DNA of 63,360 nucleotides from Podarcis muralis (taxonomy: Eukaryota). The translations under genes and the position numbers were made by a program. The number at the start of each line of letters is the position of its first letter. Positions within the stretch are counted from its first letter, which is position 1. Below the pieces are notes generated by a model. It was not told where the DNA came from, ran no database searches, and saw nothing but the letters and a program-made list of their open reading frames with translations. This document shows, piece by piece, positions 55,691 through 63,360 of this stretch. The DNA is taken from the NCBI RefSeq assembly GCF_964188315.1, contig NC_135656.1, positions 39,680,001 through 39,743,360 on the forward strand, in the 5' to 3' direction.

Positions 55691-56001
55691 GCAGTTCGTA
55701 GATATTTTGCTCATTGTCTTCTACTTACAGTCTAGATTGGTGATGGTGGCTTAAGAAGTAAGGTGACCATTTATGCATCAACCCCCCCCCCCCAGATTTG
55801 CATAACATTTACATTATGCTATTTTATATGTAGAGGTGCAGATTTAAAAATAATAATTTTAATAGAAATGCAATGCATTTCACCTTAGTGGGGAGAACTG
55901 TGACCTGTGTGCCTGCTCAGTCGGTTGTCTAGGTTGGTAGCTATTGTCAAGCAACTTCAGGGGTCCTGCTTTCCTTTTTATGGTTCTTTATCTTTAAAAA
56001 G

Positions 56002-56047
56002 ATAAAGAGGTCACGACTGTTGGTCAGGGGTACCTTTACCTTTACCT
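56002..56047 (+). mobile_element. Extremely 5'-truncated Sauria SINE tail
   Basis: ggtcacgactgttggtcaggggtacctttacctttacct flanked by a 15-bp TSD TTTATCTTTAAAAAG at 55987-56001 and 56048-56062. Confidence 0.85.
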
Positions 56048-56748
56048 TTTATCTTTAAAAAGGCATCTCTTCCAATGGAGGACTGTCCTCTGAAAAGTAG
56101 AACATGTGGCCACCCTATCAAGAAGTTATAGTCAGTTAGTCCTAGCTGGGGCCCTGTCCCCAAATCATCATCTTTTTATTGTCTCCAGATGAGGCCTCAG
56201 GCACTGTTTTTGGTTCTGAAAGCCTCAGTTTCTTGCTTTCTGCAAACATATAATTGTGTGGGGGAAAATACAAACAGTGCCGAATTCAAAATTGTAGATG
56301 AGAAGTGTGATTAAATTGTGTATGTATGACTTGCCGGAAATGCACTAGAAATAAACAGGTTGGACAAGGAATGCAAAAAACATCCCTGCATCCCCTGGAA
56401 GTATCACATACATTGCTTGGGTTCTGAGCCTTTTGCAAGTGTTCTTACTCCAAAAATGATAGAATGATAGAAGCATCTTTTTTTAAGAGTAACATTTAGC
56501 AACTCCTGCATCTGAAAAGGGTATTTGGAGTTTATGTGGAGAGTCGAGTAAACTGTTCCACACAGCTCCATCCTGTATACCTTTCAATGCCTTGGGGCAA
56601 GCTGATTATATTAATGAGACTTCTGCACCTGCAAGTGATTTACTGGGTGTACGAAATGAAGACGCAGAAACTTCAGCCAAGTTATCCAGATTTCTGTGTC
56701 AGTGGCCCTGGCGTACACCCTAATGCCTTGATTTCTCTTCGTTTGCAG

Positions 56749-57155
56749 GAGCATTGCTGCTGGGGGGGATTCTCTACTCCTGGCAGTTCCCTCATTTCAA
56801 TGCACTCAGCTGGGGGCTCCGCGAAGATTACTCCAGGGGTGGCTACTGCATGATGTCTGTCACCCACCCAGACATGTGCAGGCGGGTGGCTCTGCGTCAT
56901 TGCCTCGCCTTAATTGGACTTTCATCGCTGGCTCCCATCCTTGATGTCACCACGTGGACTTTCCCCATAATTTCTCTTCCCGTCAACCTGTACATTTCCT
57001 ACCTCGGCTTTCGTTTCTACAGAGACGCTGACCGTGGCAGCTCCCGGAAGTTGTTTTTCTGCAGCTTGTGGCACTTGCCAATGCTCCTCTTGCTCATGCT
57101 GACTTGCAAGAAATCTTGGTACAAAAAGGACAACGAAAAGGAATCCTTGAGTTGA
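56749..57155 (+). CDS. COX10: COX10 last coding exon (equivalent to exon 7) to the TGA stop
   Basis: Acceptor gtttgcag at 56748. Encodes (G)[35 protein letters not shown]...[37 protein letters not shown], with WQFPHF and DY..GG..M motifs of heme O synthases. 407 nt = 2 + 135 codons, phase consistent. Confidence 0.98.
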
Positions 57156-57900
57156 GGTCACATCATGTTGAAAAACTCATGTTGCCTTTGTGATAACTAT
57201 TGGCTTCAGAAGCTCCCGTTCAAAATGGCGTACGTATTTCAGTTATCATGCAGCAGGGAGGTTTTCTGTTGATGTATTCAGAGAGAATATTTTGTGTCCA
57301 GTGAACACTCTCTGTGATTTTTTTTCAAATTAAAAAATTTGATTTTGGACACACACATGACTCTTGGATTTGATTTTCGAATGTGAGATCCTTCCGTTGA
57401 CTATACGGAGATGATGCTAAGATGCATGTTATATCTTAATAGCATACTGATGAAAGAACAAATCTCTATCTAATTCTTAAGGATGTATGGCAAGCCTGCT
57501 GAATCTAGTCTGGCAACAGTTCCCACAGGTGACTCATATGCATCTACACTTTTCCACACCAGAACAGGAGGATTAGCTTAACAATATGCAAAAATCGCTC
57601 TGCCCTAGTTCTAGGAGTATATTCTCATTCTGTATGGAAAGTGGAAGGGAGTAACAGTATTTGGAGCTGAAAGAAACCAGTAGGGAGTGTCCTCCTCTCA
57701 GAGATGCTATTAACCTATGAGGGTGCCAAATTTCCACCTTTATTTAAACTTTTTCTGAATATGGTATAGACAGTTCATAAAGGAAAGATACAGAGAAGTT
57801 TGACTGGAGCCATTAAAAAGCTCTTAAAAAGGAAAAACAGCCATGACTACTTGAGAGACAGACAGAGACAGAGAGAATAATAAGGGGTACACATACATTT

Positions 57901-57962
57901 CGTGTGTGTGCGCGCATGCGCGCTCACACGCGCATCCGTGTGTGTGTGTGTACGCACACACA
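57901..57962. repeat. Alternating purine-pyrimidine (TG/CG/CA) tract in the putative 3' UTR
   Basis: Direct reading. Includes the palindrome GCGCGCATGCGCGC at 57910-57923. Confidence 0.9.
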
Positions 57963-58128
57963 TGGAACATAAAGCCCCCAATGTATGTTTAAAGGCAGAC
58001 CACCATGCAGAAATACATTACTTTCCCATCAGCCAGGTCTTTGCTCTGTACAAGCCCTCACCTCATTTCTGGTTACCAACTTAGAAGTCCTTTTGGCATT
58101 TAAGCGGATCATAAATAATAACCCTTAG

Positions 58129-58134
58129 AATAAA
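58129..58134 (+). terminator. Candidate polyadenylation signal AATAAA
   Basis: First AATAAA I found after the COX10 stop, with gttggtacctggtaggatttgtagt downstream. Confidence 0.4.
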
Positions 58135-61100
58135 GAATGTTGGTACCTGGTAGGATTTGTAGTCAAAGCCATGGGGTTAGAAGGGCCCAACAGTTTCGGT
58201 AGCTCCAAGAATGACTCCTAGAACAAAAATCTGCCCATTGACTGGAAGTGTACAGCTCAGTTCTTGGTTTTCTGACAATCGGCCTGCTTGAAAGGAAACA
58301 AACTTATGCCCGCAAATTTCCACCCCATCAGACCTTTGACAACTTTCATGCCATCCTACTTTCATAGCAGCCTTTTTGCTAGTAGGTTATGATTGCCATC
58401 CTCCATCCAGGATGGAGCTATTTGTTGTCTGAATTTCCGTTTCCTAGAAGTGCCTCCGACTCTTATTTCCTGCAACACATCATCAAGCAACCCTGATGGA
58501 AATGGAAACACAGAACGGATGGAATCAGCTCAGTCTGGCCATGGAGAAAACATTTTGAACCAATCTGAAACAAGGAAATAACCTTCAGGGTGTAACTACT
58601 GTGGCTGAACAACCACAGAAACAGAAGCTTGTTCACTTTATATGCCAATCTTGTTTATGGCTTCAAGATGCTAGGTTAGTTGCGTATAGTTTATTGCATT
58701 CTTTTAACGCTAGCTTTTATATCATAGTTTTTCATGTTTCCACTACTTTCAAAAAGAATATTCAAAGCACAACGATCATCTTCCTTTCATCACATACACC
58801 GCACCAAATAATTTGAGTTCATTTGGAATGTGAAGGTTTATTGGAATATATGTGAGATCAAGGTGCCTTTCTTGGAGATAGGGGGACCTAGCATAGAACA
58901 AGGACAAAACTGTTGTTATTTTACCTACTTGCATTGTTGTCTAATTGCAGGGAATGGAGAGTTACCAGAAAACATTTGGGATGTCTGAATGAACAATTGG
59001 TAGGTGAGAATTGTAGGTGAGAACTGAGGGCATCATGGCAATTAATTCACAATGATCTATACTCTGATCTATATTTGCAAGAATGAGTTGAGGAGAACCT
59101 GCACAACCAATTTAACTGTCATATATACAGGTTGATCTACTTCCCCACGGATACATACACACACATCCTCAGAACACAATAGTACTATTAAAAGTACAAT
59201 TCTGTATGTGTCTACTCAGAAGTAAGTCCTACTGAGTTCAGAACTTCCACACAATTCAGACTACTGCTGAACAAGCTGTAGAAGAGGTCGTACACAGAAG
59301 ACAACTAATTTATTTGGCACGATTTCATGAATCCAGACCAAGCTCCCACTTAAATCAGTGGCATGACTTGTCTATTTGCAATGCTTTCAATGGGACCAAA
59401 GTAGGCTGGATCTAAACTATTGTGTCCAGAAGGCAGTCAAATCCATGGGGTAAGGGCTCAAAGGTTTTGGGTAGGCCCAGGAGTGACTCCTAGCGCTAAA
59501 TCTGGCCATTCACTGGAAGCATACACCTCACCTCTTGTTTTTCTGACAACCAGCCTTCTTGAAAGGAAATAAACTTCTGCCGGACTAATTCCCATTCTGC
59601 CAGTGTTAGATTCTGCTATAAATCCATAAGGAACAAGTTCTGGCTTCCAACTGCAATAATACTAGCCTAACTTACTGGATTATTTTAAGAATTGCTGAAA
59701 TAATGTATGTGACGTACTCTCGACAATCTAAAATACTAAAGAAATACATGCTAATGCTGCGATCCTATGCTTACTTGCTGAGATTAATCTCTCAGTAGGG
59801 CTTGCTTCTAAGTAGCAGGGGTTTCCAATGAAGAACGGATGAATAACAGAAACACGGGTCCTCTCAAATACAACTAATTTCATTGTTCCAATATGGAGTT
59901 GTCTTGCTTCCACTATCAGTTTTGCTAATAAAGCTTTCCTTGGCCTGGTTGTCTTTATGTGCATAGATTCCCATGAGATCAAGGTTGTGGGCAGGCAGGG
60001 GAAGCATAGGAAATATCACGCCGGATCAAAACATCATGTTATCCATTTTGAAACTGCAACAGATTTCTTCCTTTCTCTGTTTTAAAGTGTAGCCAGTGGT
60101 TGTGTGTGACTTTGTGCAACCACACCTTCAATCCAGAGTGGTTTTTTTCTGAATTTGAAAAGAGCTGTAGGATAATGGGCAATTGTGTCCATGACCCTTT
60201 TTCTTTCCCAGTAAACCATTAGAGATTGCCACCTGGCCAGTTTTTTTCTGCCACCTGATTGCTTTTCTAATACTGAATCGATGACAGTCAATGGACAGCT
60301 TCTAAATGTGCATATATTTATATTAATGAAATACCATAATGCGCCAGTGGCTATTATTTTGTTGTCCTCAGGGGTAGGGGAAGACTCCTGATCACAGAAG
60401 TGAGAAAATGGGAAATTATTGATCTGATCTACCATTGCTTGAGGGCCTGTGGCCATTAATATTCCCAGAAACCAGCTTTTGATACTCAAAGCTGGGAACT
60501 CATGTAATCATGTGTTACCTGGCTCTCCCATGTTTTTCATCTTTTTAAATGATTCTAAACAAGGAGATGGAAGAGGTGGAGGTAGCCCTAGTAACTCCCA
60601 AAAGTCCAACATCTCAGTCACCCGAGCATCATATCCCATTGTAACAAATGTCCAGAACAGCAGCTGTGATAGCCTGTTGCAGCGAAAACAACTGTGGTTT
60701 GTGGCAGGCTAACGACTTAATTGATTATGGCACAAGCATTGTGTGTACCAGAATATACACCTCTGTGAATCTGATTGCTACTATTTCAGCCTCACAATTC
60801 ATTTGAAGGGCATATGCGGTGGACAAGCCAGTTGCTCAAGACATCTCTCGGAGGTGGATTTAGGGCAGCATGACCAGTTCCCCCACATAGGGCACTGAGC
60901 CAAGGCATAGCCTTCCTGCCTACTTCCCAAAGCCTAGAAATCACTCAGTTCGGGTTGGAGACGTAACGGTTCTGGCAGGGTCCTAGAGTCTCCTTCCTTC
61001 TCGAAGCCTAGTTAGCACTTGCCCTGCTTTGAGAGGGATGAAGAAGGGCTCTAGGACCACGCTAGAGCCCTCATGCCTCCTTCCCATAGCCCAGTGCCTT

Positions 61101-62199
61101 GTTTACTCGGCTTTGGGAAAGCAGTGTGAAGGCTGGGAGGAGGCGTCAAATTTGGGTCTCACTTGGGGCACCATATTACCATTTCTCTTGCCTGTTTTCT
61201 TTTGAAGAAAGAAGACATTCCTCGTTGTTTTGTTTTGTTTTTTGAAGGAAGGTCAAGATGTGGACACTGCAAGAATGACTTAACACTTTGCTGGGGCGGT
61301 TCCACCGGGTTTGGTTTTCATTTATTTGAAAGGCTGCATGTTTTCAACAGAACAAGGCATCAAGACGGATGTGAGGCAATCATCCTTCCAAATGTTCCCA
61401 ACTAGAAGACAGGATTGCACTGGAAGCAGGGGAAATGGTTACAAGAGGAGATCAAACATTAAGTGATCTGGATTTATTTAAGTTAACTTGGGAGCAGCGG
61501 GGTATTATGTCTTACAGTGGAAAATAATAAAATGAAACTCAACAAAGAAAAGCATTAAGCATGACACATTGGAAAGAAATGGCAAATGTATAATTACCAA
61601 ACTGGGGAGACGATTGTCTGGGCTCCAGCATTACCGAGAAGGAATAAGAAGGAATGAGAGTCTATCTGAAGCTGAGCCAGCAACGTAGCATTTCTTACAA
61701 GACAACAGACACTACTTGAAGCTGTATTAACAGCATCTTCAGCCTGCCAGATGGGAGGGGGTAATAGTCTTGTTTTATTTGGCACTAAGTAGGTCTCCAG
61801 TGCAGTATTGTGTCCAGTTGTGGTCACCACTTTTAAAGACGGATTAGACTAAACTGAAAACGATTCTGAGGGAAGCAACAAAGCTGACACTTTGGAATGC
61901 ATGACACAGGAGGGGGGAAACTGTAGAAACTTGTCGCGGTTAGTTAGCCTAGAGGAAAGAAGGGTGGATGGAAAGAAATGATAGCAGCTCTCGGGTATCT
62001 AGACATGCAGGGAAGGAAAACCCGGAGCAGCTCCTCCCCAAAGGCCCACTTCTGACTGAAGTGGTAAGCCAACATCTGCGTTGCCCTGCTTCAAATTGCA
62101 GGTGAGGGCTGACAGTTGTGCCAGTGGTATAGTGGCATCATGCACAGTGTAACCCAGATTCATGTTCTGGCAGGTGCATGCCTTTCTGTCTCTTTGGAG

Positions 62200-62600
62200 A
62201 AGGAGTGTCACTCTGTTGTAGAGCACCTGCTCTGCATGAAAAAATGTCATTGGCACCTCCATTTAGAACTGGGGAAAACTTCTGACTGAAGAGACATTGT
62301 TAGTTGGTGTAGAGTAGACAATCATGGGCTAGATCAGGCATGTCCAAAGTCCATTTTGGGGGCCTAATTCAGTCCGCCGGTCAGTTTAATCCGGCCCCTG
62401 TGGCAGTTAATTTTTCCTGGGGTAAAATCCTCAAGAACGTCAATCCTAAAAAAAGGTTAACAACTTTGGTCAGCCCTTTGGTCGGCCCTCACGGCCCTTA
62501 ACTTCATCAAATCTGGCCCTCTTTGGAAAAGGTCTGGACACCACTGGGCTAGATAGACCAATGAATTGACCTGTTATAAGGCAGCTGTGTTTCATAACTG
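62200..62600 (+). mobile_element. Old tRNA-derived SINE (Squam3-like) interrupted by a hAT MITE
   Basis: Head gtagagcacctgctctgcatg, body gtagacaatcatgggctagat, resuming after the MITE as agaccaat...tataaggcagct. Similar to 27495-27692. Confidence 0.55.
62335..62546. mobile_element. hAT (Charlie/Buster-like) MITE, 212 bp
   Basis: Termini CAGGCATGTCCAAA...TCTGGACACCACTG with an 8-bp TSD GGCTAGAT at 62327-62334 and 62547-62554. Confidence 0.87.
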
Positions 62601-62668
62601 CGTATTTCTCCATCAGGAAGATCCAGAAAACTAGATGTCAAAGAGAAATCTTCTAGAATATCCTTCTG

Positions 62669-62812
62669 NNNNNNNNNNNNNNNNNNNNNNNNNNNNNNNN
62701 NNNNNNNNNNNNNNNNNNNNNNNNNNNNNNNNNNNNNNNNNNNNNNNNNNNNNNNNNNNNNNNNNNNNNNNNNNNNNNNNNNNNNNNNNNNNNNNNNNNN
62801 NNNNNNNNNNNN
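62669..62812. other. Assembly gap (144 N)
   Basis: Run of n. Confidence 1.
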
Positions 62813-63185
62813 CTGTCAAGACACAGGTTTAAAACCTCAGGGAAACAAGGACATGAGGGAAGCACTGAAAGGACAAGAGGCATCAAATTAAAGTTTCAGC
62901 AGAGCTGAAATCAGGTGACTACCTTCCTAACTGTAAGAAGTGGGCCACAGAATAAGTTAACTGTGGAAGTTGGGCAATTTATTTCTGGAGACTTTTAAAG
63001 GGAGGCTCCATGAGGTCAGCTCTTGTGGTTCTATGCATTGGCATTCTTATAGATCCCCCAGGGGAAATGATACATTGCTAGGCTTTCAAATTAAGAGCTC
63101 ATTCTGATGCCCTGTTTCTTTCTTGCCACTTAGTTATGGCTAGAAAAAAACTTTTGCCCAAAGCACACCAATTTATATAACATAG

Positions 63186-63291
63186 GTATAGATGATAGGA
63201 TAGATAGATAGATGATAGATAGATAGATAGATGATAGATAGATAGATAGATGATAGATGGATAGATGGATAGATGGATAGATAGATAGATA
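63186..63291. repeat. Imperfect (GATA)n array
   Basis: Direct reading. Confidence 0.95.
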
Positions 63292-63360
63292 GCCTTTCTC
63301 CCAAATTGGACTTACGACATTTATGGCTAGAAAAAAACTTTTGCCCAAAGCACACCAATT

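Larger units (their letters stand above)
57156..58160 (+). other. COX10: Probable COX10 3' UTR
   Basis: Follows the stop codon. First canonical AATAAA is at 58129-58134, followed by a GT-rich stretch. ATTAAA variants occur earlier, so the end is uncertain. Confidence 0.5.
61300..63030 (+). mobile_element. Ancient CR1 LINE 3' fragment split by later insertions and the gap
   Basis: Decayed DNA matches to the CR1 RT C-terminus, e.g. gcagtattgtgtccagttgtggtcaccacttttaaag (EYCVQFW.PH.K). Appears to resume at ~62850-63030 with the CR1 3' region. Boundaries approximate. Confidence 0.6.

Noticed and set aside
62631-62886. ORFs spanning the N run
   Set aside because: Artefacts of the assembly gap.

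Overview
AT-rich vertebrate genomic DNA from a squamate. Sauria SINEs, a BovB tail and Tigger/Tc2 MITEs suggest a lacertid lizard, which is an inference. The only gene is the 3' half of COX10 (protoheme IX farnesyltransferase) on the + strand: three coding exons (20683-20753, 71 nt; 44846-45078, 233 nt; 56749-57155, 407 nt to the stop) with GT-AG borders and continuous phase, matching exons 5-7 of the vertebrate gene, followed by a probable 3' UTR. The rest is intron or intergenic DNA with LINE fragments (L2, CR1, Rex1, BovB), SINEs, hAT and Tc1/mariner MITEs, microsatellites and one assembly gap. I found no convincing new protein-coding system. The most unusual object is a 1.35-kb GC/CpG-rich Tc2-like element in intron 5 that carries a 119-bp tandem array in which each unit is a hairpin, followed by a cluster of long palindromes. 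Also worth checking: a miR-210 seed match and an NRF1-consensus palindrome in the putative 3' UTR, a diverged ~160-bp duplication downstream of the gene, and several possible conserved non-coding elements that cannot be confirmed without alignments.
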